Below are positions 55,692 to 64,000 of a DNA stretch of 64,000 nucleotides, piece after piece; position 1 is the first letter of the stretch, and each line of letters starts with the position of its first letter. The translations under genes and the position numbers were made by a program. The notes beneath the pieces are model-generated. The model saw only the letters and a list, made by a program, of their open reading frames with translations. It was not told where the DNA came from and did no database searches. The DNA is taken from the NCBI GenBank assembly GCA_964349045.1, contig CAYGFI010000004.1, positions 15,439 to 79,438 of the forward strand. Direction: 5' to 3'. The DNA comes from an uncultured Chitinophaga sp. Its GTDB lineage: Bacteria > Bacteroidota > Bacteroidia > Bacteroidales > GCA-2748055.

Positions 55692-56909
55692 ATGAGAAAT
55701 TACATCATAGCCTGGCGGAATTTATGGAGGAACAAGAGGCGCACCCTGATAACTCTTTCATCGATATTTTTCGGAGTATTGCTAGCAATTCTTATGAGAT
55801 CGATGCAGGAAGGATCTTATATCAACATGATCAATAATGTGGTTAAGTTTTACTCAGGGTTCATTCAAATCCATGACAAGGATTTCTGGGAAAATAAAAC
55901 CTTGTATTATGCTTTTCAACCTTCTGATTCCCTGAATGAATCGGTCAGACAAACTGAAGGTGTTATATTAATGACAAACAGGCTAGAGTCATTCGCCCTT
56001 ATAGCCTCCGGAGAAAACACCCAATCGGCTGTGGTTGTCGGGATAGAGCCAAACCATGAGAACCAGATAACTTCTCTTTCAAAATGGCTTGTCAGTGGTA
56101 ACTATCTTGTTTCCGGAAGCAGAGGCGCATTACTGGCCCAGGAATTAGCTGCCAATCTTCATGCAGATGTCGGTGATACTATTGTTTTACTAAGCCAGGG
56201 ATATTACGGAAGTAATGAGGCCCAAAGGTTTGTAATTGAGGGAATATTAAGCTTTCCTTCCCCCGAATTAAACAAAAAATTCTGCTATCTTGATTTAGGA
56301 ACCGCACAGGAATTTTATTCCGCTGAAGGAATGATTACATCCATGGTTTTAATGGTTCCGGACTATTCGGATGTTAATCAAGTTCTGACAACAATCAGGA
56401 ATGACTTAGATCCCTCATACGCAGCCATAAGCTGGGATGAGATGCAGCCAGAAATGGTTCAGATGATCCGGGGTGATCGCGCAGGTGGACTTGTGATGAT
56501 AATAATTTTGTACATAATTATCGCTTTTGGAATACTGGGAACCATAATTATGATGATAGCTGAACGAAAAAAGGAACTTGCAATAATGGTAGCAGTAGGA
56601 ATGCAGAAAAACAAGCTTGGAGGGATCCTTTTCATGGAAACATTATATATTGGATTAATCGGAGTTTTATCAGGAATTATTGTCAGTATCCCGATTGTCA
56701 TTATCATGGTCTATAACCCAATTCCTCTTACCGGGGCAGCAGCCCAGACGATGCAGGATATGGGAATTGAACCCCTGATGTTTTTCTCAGGAGCGCCGGA
56801 CATATTTATTAATCAAATGATTACGGTATTCGCAATTACTTGCCTGGTATCCATTTACCCTTTTCTGTCTGCTCTTAGTCTGAATGTTATAAAATGGATG
56901 AGAGGGTAA
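55692..56909 (+). CDS. FtsX/MacB-like ABC transporter permease
   Basis: The N-terminus is AWRNLWRNKRRTLITL. A large periplasmic loop is followed by three C-terminal TM segments (FtsX domain). Confidence 0.85.
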   Translation: MRNYIIAWRNLWRNKRRTLITLSSIFFGVLLAILMRSMQEGSYINMINNVVKFYSGFIQIHDKDFWENKTLYYAFQPSDSLNESVRQTEGVILMTNRLESFALIASGENTQSAVVVGIEPNHENQITSLSKWLVSGNYLVSGSRGALLAQELAANLHADVGDTIVLLSQGYYGSNEAQRFVIEGILSFPSPELNKKFCYLDLGTAQEFYSAEGMITSMVLMVPDYSDVNQVLTTIRNDLDPSYAAISWDEMQPEMVQMIRGDRAGGLVMIIILYIIIAFGILGTIIMMIAERKKELAIMVAVGMQKNKLGGILFMETLYIGLIGVLSGIIVSIPIVIIMVYNPIPLTGAAAQTMQDMGIEPLMFFSGAPDIFINQMITVFAITCLVSIYPFLSALSLNVIKWMRG

Positions 56910-56942
56910 AGAAAATTTAAACATTAACCCAAAAATAAGAAT

Positions 56943-58169
56943 ATGATCTGGATTGTTTCATGGCGGAATGTCTGGCGAAATAAGCTCAGGAGCAGCGTAA
57001 TAATAGTTGCTGTGTGCCTGGGCGTTTTTGCCGGGGTATTTACAATGGCCTTTTACAGAGGTATGGCTAATCAAAGGTTAAAATCGGCCATTAAAACAGA
57101 AGTTTCTCATATTCAGATCCACGCTCCGGAATTCATGAAAGTGAACGAAGTAGATAATTTTATTGATTCAGCCGATGCACGGCTCAAGTTTATCCGGGGG
57201 CAAAATGGTGTTGAAGCTGCCAGTAAAAGACTTATCGTCAATGCCATTATTAATTCAGCGGAAATAGGAAGTGGAGTCAGACTTTTTGGTGTTGTACCTG
57301 AAAACGAGTCAGAGGTAACCGATATCAAAGCGCGTCTGACAGAAGGAAACTACCTGGAAGATATTAAACGTGGAAGACCCATACTGATTGGTAAAAAGTT
57401 ATCCGAAAAGCTAAGTATTAAAATAGGGTCAAAATTGGTTATTGGTATGCTCGATTTACACGGGCAACCTGTTTACAACCAGTTCCGGGTAGGTGGGATA
57501 TTTCACACATCGAGTAATGTTTATGATGAAACAAATGTCTTTATTGATTACTATGATCTGCTTTCAATGGCAGGATTACCGGAAGGTTCTGCTCATGAAT
57601 TAGCTGTTTACATGGGAAACACCGAAGACAGTTTTCCCCTCGCTCATCTCTTAAAAACAAGATATCCTTATCTGGATATAAGTGAATGGAATCAAATCCT
57701 GCCTGAGCTTGGGTATCTTACAGAAACAATGGACCTGTATATGTATATATTTATTATTATAATTCTTTTAGCGCTGGGATTTGGAATTGTCAATACTATG
57801 CTAATGGTTGTTCTTGAACGAATACATGAACTTGGGATGCTTATGGCGGTAGGAATGAATAAGATAAGAATATTCCGGATGATTATGCTTGAAACTGTTT
57901 TTCTTTCCCTTACCGGAGGTATAATTGGAATAATATTGGGCATTATTGTATCAAAAATATACAGTACAAAGGGAATCGATCTTTCGGGATTATATGGAGA
58001 GGGACTTGCCGCAATTGGCTATGATTCAATAATTTATACAGTTATACAGTTGAAAATGATCATTGGGGTTACCTTGCTTGTAATCCTAACCGGGATTTTA
58101 TCGTCTGTATTTCCCGCTCTCAAGGCGCTTCGGCTTAACCCGGCCGAAGCGGTAAGAACGGATGTTTAA
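56943..58169 (+). CDS. FtsX/MacB-like ABC transporter permease (second copy)
   Basis: The N-terminus is SWRNVWRNKLRSSVIIV, and the topology matches the preceding gene. The C-terminal LRLNPAEAVR is typical. Confidence 0.85.
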   Translation: MIWIVSWRNVWRNKLRSSVIIVAVCLGVFAGVFTMAFYRGMANQRLKSAIKTEVSHIQIHAPEFMKVNEVDNFIDSADARLKFIRGQNGVEAASKRLIVNAIINSAEIGSGVRLFGVVPENESEVTDIKARLTEGNYLEDIKRGRPILIGKKLSEKLSIKIGSKLVIGMLDLHGQPVYNQFRVGGIFHTSSNVYDETNVFIDYYDLLSMAGLPEGSAHELAVYMGNTEDSFPLAHLLKTRYPYLDISEWNQILPELGYLTETMDLYMYIFIIIILLALGFGIVNTMLMVVLERIHELGMLMAVGMNKIRIFRMIMLETVFLSLTGGIIGIILGIIVSKIYSTKGIDLSGLYGEGLAAIGYDSIIYTVIQLKMIIGVTLLVILTGILSSVFPALKALRLNPAEAVRTDV

Positions 58170-58200
58170 AAGGTAAAATATGTGTCTTAAAAAATGAAAA

Positions 58201-58896
58201 ATGAAAATAATAGAAGTTAAAAACCTGCATAAGGTTTACCATGAAACTGAAGTGGAAACAAGAGCTGTCAATGGAGTAAATCTTCAGTTCGAAGAAGGTG
58301 AATTCACTGCAGTGGTTGGCCCTTCGGGTTCCGGTAAAACGACCTTGTTAAATATTATCGGTGGTTTGGATAAACCAACTGAAGGCGAAGTCTTAATCGA
58401 CAATGTCCTGATTCATAACCTTAGCCCTTCAAAGCTGATTGATTTCAGGATGAAATATATAGGATTTGTATTCCAGTCCTATAATCTGATACCTGTTCTG
58501 ACTGCCGGAGAGAATGTGGAATTCATTATGCACCTGCAGGGAAGGCCGAAGATAGAACGCCAAAAAAGAACAAAAGAATTGCTAGCCGCGGTAGGATTAA
58601 GCGAGAGGATAAACAGCCGACCGGGTAAACTTTCAGGGGGTCAACAACAAAGAGTTGCAGTTGCAAGAGCTCTTGCCTCGAAGCCCAGATTTGTCCTTGC
58701 TGATGAACCTACTGCAAACCTGGATTCCAAATCGACCGAAAACTTACTGGAGATTATGGAAACTTTGAACAGAGAGGAGAATGTGAGTTTTATATTCTCA
58801 ACACATGATGCTCGCGTGGTAAACAAAGCACGCAGGGTAATAACCATCGAGGATGGAAAGGTAATCAGCGATGAAGTTAAACCTGGTAATAAATGA
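58201..58896 (+). CDS. ABC transporter ATP-binding protein (LolD/MacB-type)
   Basis: Walker A is GPSGSGKTT, the Q-loop is FVFQSYNL, the signature is LSGGQQQRVAVARAL, and Walker B is FVLADEPT. Confidence 0.93.
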   Translation: MKIIEVKNLHKVYHETEVETRAVNGVNLQFEEGEFTAVVGPSGSGKTTLLNIIGGLDKPTEGEVLIDNVLIHNLSPSKLIDFRMKYIGFVFQSYNLIPVLTAGENVEFIMHLQGRPKIERQKRTKELLAAVGLSERINSRPGKLSGGQQQRVAVARALASKPRFVLADEPTANLDSKSTENLLEIMETLNREENVSFIFSTHDARVVNKARRVITIEDGKVISDEVKPGNK

Positions 58897-60077
58897 TAAA
58901 ATTGCGCCTGATTCTTAATATATTATTCACATGTTTACTTTCAGCTGGTACACTTTCAGCACAGGAATCACAAAAAAAATATTCCGTTGATTCCTATATT
59001 TCTAATTTACAATCGGTTATAATAGATAGCGTGAAAGGAAACTGGATTTCTGACAATTTGATACATAACCGGATCAATTTTTTTTGGTATCCGAATGAGC
59101 ATTTTGCATTTTCCGCTCAACTGAGGAACCGGTTTATCTATGGAGAAAGTGTAAAATACAACCCGGGATTTGCCAGCTCTGCAAATAATGATAATGGATT
59201 TATGGATCTTTCCATGAATCTGCTAAGTGAAAAATCATTTTTCTTAAATTCCACTTTCGACAGGCTTTTTTTAAAATATTCAAATGGGAGTTTTGTTACC
59301 ACAATTGGACGACAGCGCATAAACTGGGGACAAAATTATGTATGGAACCCGAATGATATATTTAATGTCCAGAATTTTTTCGACTTTGACTATGTTGAAA
59401 AACCGGGAAGTGATGCACTGCGAATCCAATATTACACCGGAGAAACATCTGCTGTTGAAATTGCAGTTAAAGTTGATCATTATCATAACATTACATCTGC
59501 AGCATATTATCGATTTAACAGATGGGGTTACGATTTCCAGGTTTTAGGCGGCCTGTTTGAGAGCGATGATTTTATCGCGGGAGCTGGGTTTGCGGGTCAT
59601 ATTAAATCTGCCGGGTGTAACGGAGAAATTAGTTATTTCAGACCTATCGAGAATTTCCGGGATACAAGCTCAATTCTGATTTTTGGATTAGGTACAGACT
59701 ATATTTTCAGCAATTCGATCTACCTGCAGGTGGAAGGATTATTTCAACATTCTGAAAAGAAAGGTTCTATCAATGATTTTTATTCGTGGTATACAGGAAA
59801 CCTGAATGTAAAGAAATTATCATTTACAGATTTATCGTTATATACAAACATTTCATATCCTTTCACACCCCTGATAAACGGGAGTGTTTCCTCCACATTT
59901 TTTCCAGAAATAAAAGGATATTTTGCAGGACCGAGTATGTCATATTCGGCTTCAGACAATATCGAATTAAGTGTGATTGCACAATATTTCAGTGGAATTC
60001 TTCCGGAGCCGATAAGTGGAACAGAGAAAAGAAACTCATTATTCCTGGGGTTTCTGAGGATCAGGGTTAGTATTTGA
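58893..60077 (+). CDS. predicted outer-membrane beta-barrel protein of unknown function
   Basis: It has a signal peptide (LLSAGTLSAQ) and is rich in alternating aromatic/Gly beta-strand patterns. Its start overlaps the ATPase stop by 4 nt. Confidence 0.5.
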   Translation: MIKLRLILNILFTCLLSAGTLSAQESQKKYSVDSYISNLQSVIIDSVKGNWISDNLIHNRINFFWYPNEHFAFSAQLRNRFIYGESVKYNPGFASSANNDNGFMDLSMNLLSEKSFFLNSTFDRLFLKYSNGSFVTTIGRQRINWGQNYVWNPNDIFNVQNFFDFDYVEKPGSDALRIQYYTGETSAVEIAVKVDHYHNITSAAYYRFNRWGYDFQVLGGLFESDDFIAGAGFAGHIKSAGCNGEISYFRPIENFRDTSSILIFGLGTDYIFSNSIYLQVEGLFQHSEKKGSINDFYSWYTGNLNVKKLSFTDLSLYTNISYPFTPLINGSVSSTFFPEIKGYFAGPSMSYSASDNIELSVIAQYFSGILPEPISGTEKRNSLFLGFLRIRVSI

Positions 60078-60110
60078 GGAACCAGGATTAAAACCATAAT
60101 AATAAAACCA

Positions 60111-60326
60111 TTGGTATATTTTGAATATCCAGCGATGAAACATGTATACTGGCAATGGGCAGAAGATAAGATCCCCATACAGAATTATATTGCATGGATT
60201 TTTATAAGTCTGATATTTAGCAGTATACTGGCTTTATTAAAAGTAAGAGTTGAAAGCAAAATTGTGAAAGTATATTTTTTGGTGCAATTGGGGTTTTTTG
60301 TTTTGCTAAGGGCGATAAAACCATGA
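60111..60326 (+). pseudogene. 3' remnant of a DUF422 (carotenoid-biosynthesis-protein-like) membrane protein gene
   Basis: The 71-codon ORF (TTG start) reads ...YWQWAEDKIPIQNYIAWIFISL...FLVQLGFFVLL. This resembles only the C-terminal third of DUF422 proteins. An in-frame stop lies 4 codons upstream. Confidence 0.35.
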
Positions 60327-60452
60327 TGGACCTCACAAATTTGTCTTATAACGTGTTTTGAAAACAATTCGAAGGGTTGTGAATGAATATTTATATTTCG
60401 GGGGAGAGTGTCAAATATTTTTATAAATTTGCTGTCCATTTAAATAATGGGT

Positions 60453-60905
60453 ATGCGTGCAGTAATTCAAAGAGTTTCAAAGGCTTCTGTAAAATGTTCC
60501 AGTGGACACTATGATGAGCTGGATACCGGAATGCTGGTATTTTTAGGGATTGAGGAATTGGATGAAAGGGAAGATATCGAATGGTTAAGCGGAAAAATAT
60601 GTCGCTTACGTATTTTTGATGATAAGAAGGGAGTAATGAACCTTGATGTTAATGAAGTTGGCGGAGAAATAATGGTAATTTCGCAGTTTACACTTCATGC
60701 CGGCACGCGAAAAGGTAACCGTCCATCGTATATTAAGGCTGCTCCGCCTAATATTTCTGAGCCTATGTATAGGGCGTTTTTAGAACAACTGGAAAAAGAC
60801 AGCAGGGGGAGGGTAAAAAGAGGTGTTTTTGGTGATAAAATGGAAGTTATGTTGATAAATGAGGGTCCGGTTACTATTTTGATTGATACGAAAAATAAGG
60901 AGTAA
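60453..60905 (+). CDS. dtd: D-aminoacyl-tRNA deacylase
   Basis: It carries MRAVIQRVSKASV, GMLVFLGIE, VISQFTL...GNRPS and the C-terminal GPVTILIDT. Confidence 0.92.
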   Translation: MRAVIQRVSKASVKCSSGHYDELDTGMLVFLGIEELDEREDIEWLSGKICRLRIFDDKKGVMNLDVNEVGGEIMVISQFTLHAGTRKGNRPSYIKAAPPNISEPMYRAFLEQLEKDSRGRVKRGVFGDKMEVMLINEGPVTILIDTKNKE

Positions 60906-60964
60906 TTTTCAATTTGAAAATTAATTAATATCGATCTTGAAAAATTAATCAACTCCTTGTAAAT

Positions 60965-61291
60965 ATGACAATTGACAAAGCACAGAGGCTTGTGGATCAG
61001 TGGATTCAAAAATATGGGGTCAGGTATTTCAATGAGCTTACCAATATGGCTATTTTGACTGAGGAGGTTGGTGAGGTCGCGAGGATCATAGCCAGAACAT
61101 ATGGAGATCAATCCTTTAAAGCCGGTGAGCCGGTGCAGGAACTATCAGATGAGTTAGCTGATGTTTTGTTCGTTGTGATTTGTTTAGCAAATCAAACCGG
61201 TGTTAATTTGTCTGAAGCTCTGGCAAGGAATTTGCAGAAAAAAACCTCTCGTGATAATTCGAGACACAAGGAAAATAAAAAATTACAATAA
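60965..61291 (+). CDS. MazG-like nucleotide pyrophosphohydrolase domain protein
   Basis: 108 aa. LTEEVGEVARII....ELADVLFVVICLAN is the EExxE...D MazG motif set. Confidence 0.8.
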   Translation: MTIDKAQRLVDQWIQKYGVRYFNELTNMAILTEEVGEVARIIARTYGDQSFKAGEPVQELSDELADVLFVVICLANQTGVNLSEALARNLQKKTSRDNSRHKENKKLQ

Positions 61292-61321
61292 TTTTTAAAG
61301 ATAATCCGAACAAATAATAAA

Positions 61322-62146
61322 ATGAGCGTGAATCAGAAATATATAAATGAAAGGGTGGATCAGATTTCCGAAAGGTCATTTGAAATCAGGGATAAAGCTA
61401 TCTTAATTCATATTTTCAGCCTGATAGATCTTACCAGTTTAAACAGTAGTGATTCAATTTCAAAGATTACTACCCTTGTAGAAAAGGTAAACGGCCTTCA
61501 TGAGAAGTTTCCTGATTTACAAAATGTTGCAGCCATATGTGTTTATCCGAATTTTGTACCCATCATTAAAAAAACATTGCGGGTTAAAAAAGTTAAGATC
61601 GCATCTGTTGCTGCATCATTTCCTTCATCGCAAACTTTTTTAGAAATTAAGTTAGCTGAAGTTAAGAAGGTAGTTGAAGAAGGTGCGGATGAGGTTGATA
61701 TAGTTATATCACTGGGAGAATTTATGGATGGAAATTACGATTTGGTAAAAGAGGAATTAAGAACGATAAAAGAAATTGCCGGGAAATCACTCCTGAAAGT
61801 AATTCTTGAAACAGGTGGTATTGAAGATCTCTCTTTAATAAAAACCGCATCGTTTCTGGCGATGGAGGCAGGCGCTGATTTCATTAAGACATCAACCGGT
61901 AAACTGGAAAAAGGAGCAAGTCCCGGAGCTGTTTGGGTAATGTGTGAAGCAATCAAAGAATATTCGCAAAAAAGCGGAAGAGCGGTTGGTATCAAACCTG
62001 CCGGAGGAATATCCGATATAAACACTGCAATAATTTATTATTTGATTGTAAATGAAATCCTCGGAAATGACTGGTTAAAACCTGAACGATTCCGTTTCGG
62101 GGCCAGCAAGTTAGCTAATTTACTACTTGGTGATAAGTATTTTTAA
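61322..62146 (+). CDS. deoC: deoxyribose-phosphate aldolase
   Basis: It carries DLTSLN, VASFPSS, EVDIVI, the Schiff-base Lys context DFIKTSTGK, and GIKPAGGI. Confidence 0.88.
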   Translation: MSVNQKYINERVDQISERSFEIRDKAILIHIFSLIDLTSLNSSDSISKITTLVEKVNGLHEKFPDLQNVAAICVYPNFVPIIKKTLRVKKVKIASVAASFPSSQTFLEIKLAEVKKVVEEGADEVDIVISLGEFMDGNYDLVKEELRTIKEIAGKSLLKVILETGGIEDLSLIKTASFLAMEAGADFIKTSTGKLEKGASPGAVWVMCEAIKEYSQKSGRAVGIKPAGGISDINTAIIYYLIVNEILGNDWLKPERFRFGASKLANLLLGDKYF

Positions 62147-62183
62147 TAATGCCCTGGTTACCAAACAACTCGTTAAATGATAG

Positions 62184-63041
62184 GTGACGGAAAAAGTTAT
62201 GGTGAGCTCGGATTATACTAATGAGGCGGAATTTTGGTATATGCAAGACCAGATAAGAGACTCTGTTTTTAATAATGAAAGCATTGCTTATGATTCCGTA
62301 AGTTTGCATCGGTCAGTATTTATTGAGACAAGACCTTCCGCTGTTCCTGATTTCCATGAGAATTTATATTCTCAAGACCTAAGCAAGGAGAATATTCCGG
62401 ATTGGTATCTTATTGTTATTATTCTTGTTTTATCATCGATAGCTACAGCAAAAGTTATTTATGGAAAATTTCTGGATTCCATCTGGAATTCAGCTTACAG
62501 TTATCAGATTGCATCCAAAGCATACAAAGAGAGAGGAATAGTTCAACAGAGGTTTGGCCTGGGATTAGATTTTCTGTACCTGGTAAACGCATCATTATTT
62601 TTGTATTTGTTAAATCGTCATTTTGCCCCGGGAATATTTAAAGTAGAAGGCTTCCAATTTGTTTTTCAGGCTTTTATAATTTTAGGCTTATTGATCCTTC
62701 TCAGAATAACAATGATGCGTTTAACCGCATACATCTTTGACCGATCCGAGCTATTCCAGGGTTTTTTATTTCACTATTTTATTTACAGCAAGGTACTTGG
62801 GATTGTTTTAATTCCCTTTCTAATATCTATCCCGTACACCACGGGCAATCTACAGGAAATCATTATATATACTGGTATTTCGATGGTTTTTGCAATCCAG
62901 CTAATTCGACTGTTAAGAGTCTCCGTTTACATAATTAAAAATGTTATTTTGATTTTAAATTTGATTTTATACCTTTGCATACTTGAAATACTACCCTTTA
63001 TGATAGTAATTAAGGTAATTCTTTCTTTGACACAGGTTTAA
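62184..63041 (+). CDS. DUF4271 polytopic membrane protein
   Basis: It has about 6 TM segments and sits immediately upstream of hemD, as in many Bacteroidota. The start is uncertain: GTG at 62184 or ATG at 62199. Confidence 0.6.
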   Translation: MTEKVMVSSDYTNEAEFWYMQDQIRDSVFNNESIAYDSVSLHRSVFIETRPSAVPDFHENLYSQDLSKENIPDWYLIVIILVLSSIATAKVIYGKFLDSIWNSAYSYQIASKAYKERGIVQQRFGLGLDFLYLVNASLFLYLLNRHFAPGIFKVEGFQFVFQAFIILGLLILLRITMMRLTAYIFDRSELFQGFLFHYFIYSKVLGIVLIPFLISIPYTTGNLQEIIIYTGISMVFAIQLIRLLRVSVYIIKNVILILNLILYLCILEILPFMIVIKVILSLTQV

Positions 63042-63068
63042 AATAACCCATTTAAGAAAAAGACCTTT

Positions 63069-63830
63069 ATGACAAAAATCAAAAGAATTTTGGTATCCCA
63101 ACCAAAGCCGGAGTCTGAAAAACACCCCTATTCCGAACTTGCCGAAAAAAACAATTTAAAAATCGATTTCAGACCTTTCATTCAGGTGGAGGGCATTTCA
63201 GTTAAAGATTTCCGAAAAACCCGAATCGATATTCTGGCACACGGAGCGGTGATCTTCACCAGTAAAACAGCAATTGATCATTTCTTCCATTTAGCAGAGG
63301 AGCTACGGATCACAATTCCGGATGAAATGAAGTATTTCTGTAGCTCTGAGTCGATTGCCTTCTATTTACAGAAGTATATTGTTTACAGAAAAAGAAAGAT
63401 TTTCTATAGTTCTACCGGAAATCTTTTAGACATCACAGATATTTTTCTGAAACATAAAGATGAAAATTATCTTGTTCCTATGTCGAACGCCCATAAGGAC
63501 GAGATTCCGGTTTTATTAGACAAGATCAGGATCAAATACACACTTGCCGTTTTATACAATACAGTGTGCAGTGATCTTTCCGATCTATCGGAGATCAATT
63601 ATGATGTACTTGTATTTTTTAGTCCGACAGGTATTAAGTCTCTGATGCAGAATTTCCCGGGTTTCAAACAGAACGATATCAAAATTGCCACATTCGGAAC
63701 CACAACAGCGAAAGCTGCCACTGAGGCCGGATTAAGGCTCGATATCAGCGCCCCCCAGCCGAATGCACCATCTATGACAATGGCACTTGAGCAATACATA
63801 AAGGAATATAATAAAAATAATAAAAAATAG
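63069..63830 (+). CDS. hemD: uroporphyrinogen-III synthase
   Basis: It starts ILVSQPKPESEKHPYSELAEK. The two-lobe HEM4 pattern has IFTSKTAIDHFF and FFSPTGIKSL. Confidence 0.75.
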   Translation: MTKIKRILVSQPKPESEKHPYSELAEKNNLKIDFRPFIQVEGISVKDFRKTRIDILAHGAVIFTSKTAIDHFFHLAEELRITIPDEMKYFCSSESIAFYLQKYIVYRKRKIFYSSTGNLLDITDIFLKHKDENYLVPMSNAHKDEIPVLLDKIRIKYTLAVLYNTVCSDLSDLSEINYDVLVFFSPTGIKSLMQNFPGFKQNDIKIATFGTTTAKAATEAGLRLDISAPQPNAPSMTMALEQYIKEYNKNNKK

Positions 63831-63877
63831 GTAACGGATTTGTCTCTCCCCAACCCGCCCCTTTAGGGGATTTTTAT

Positions 63878-64000
63878 ATGAACCTCAACACATTAGGGCG
63901 ATCCGAGCGACTCAAGAGTGAAAAATCCATTTCCGGATTATTTGAGACAGGCAAAAGCCTGTCGGTTCATCCTGTTCGCCTGATATACCAGATCACTACT
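63878..64000 (+). CDS. rnpA: ribonuclease P protein component, N-terminal part (3' end outside window)
   Basis: MNLNTLGRSERLKSEKSISGLFETGKSLSVHPVRLIY matches the RnpA N-terminal pattern (L.K.ERL....I..LF..G). The ORF runs off the window. Confidence 0.7.
   Translation, partial: MNLNTLGRSERLKSEKSISGLFETGKSLSVHPVRLIYQITT

Overview
AT-rich (mid-30s % GC by eye), densely packed chromosomal segment that looks like Bacteroidota: short F1-epsilon, a DUF2723 giant membrane protein, a DUF4271-hemD pair, a propeller/Y_Y_Y sensor, a TAnnTTTG-type promoter box, and several TTG/GTG starts. I support about 58 protein genes. I saw no rRNA, tRNA, CRISPR array, transposase or integrase. Most genes are housekeeping: atpDC, carA, polyprenyl synthase, xth, rsgA, selU, pepE, dtd, deoC, hemD, rnpA. 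The rest is envelope, transport and signalling: TonB-like, AsmA-like, CreD operon, ECF sigma module, a TetR-controlled LolA-like/FtsX/ABC/beta-barrel operon, two histidine kinases, and a 1548-aa periplasmic sensor fused to a PP2C/SpoIIE phosphatase. I found no convincing multi-gene defence or mobile island. The signals most worth a second look are listed here. (1) Two tandem covarying hairpins, four copies of a 14-15 nt motif, lie in the 370-nt gap between a WYL-domain gene without an HTH and an SRPBCC gene; a 58-codon Cys-rich sORF overlaps them. (2) The orphan giant sensor-phosphatase heads an 11-kb co-directional block. (3) A 65% GC repeat island, a perfect 14-bp tandem duplication and an AT palindrome sit between the ECF sigma gene and the TetR gene. 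(4) selU, an unknown 234-aa ORF and a U32 peptidase are neighbours. (5) There are three decay signatures: a toxin-truncated TA pair, a homopolymer frameshift in the first gene of the CreD operon, and a DUF422 gene remnant. All functional calls come from motif and family recognition by eye, with no database search.
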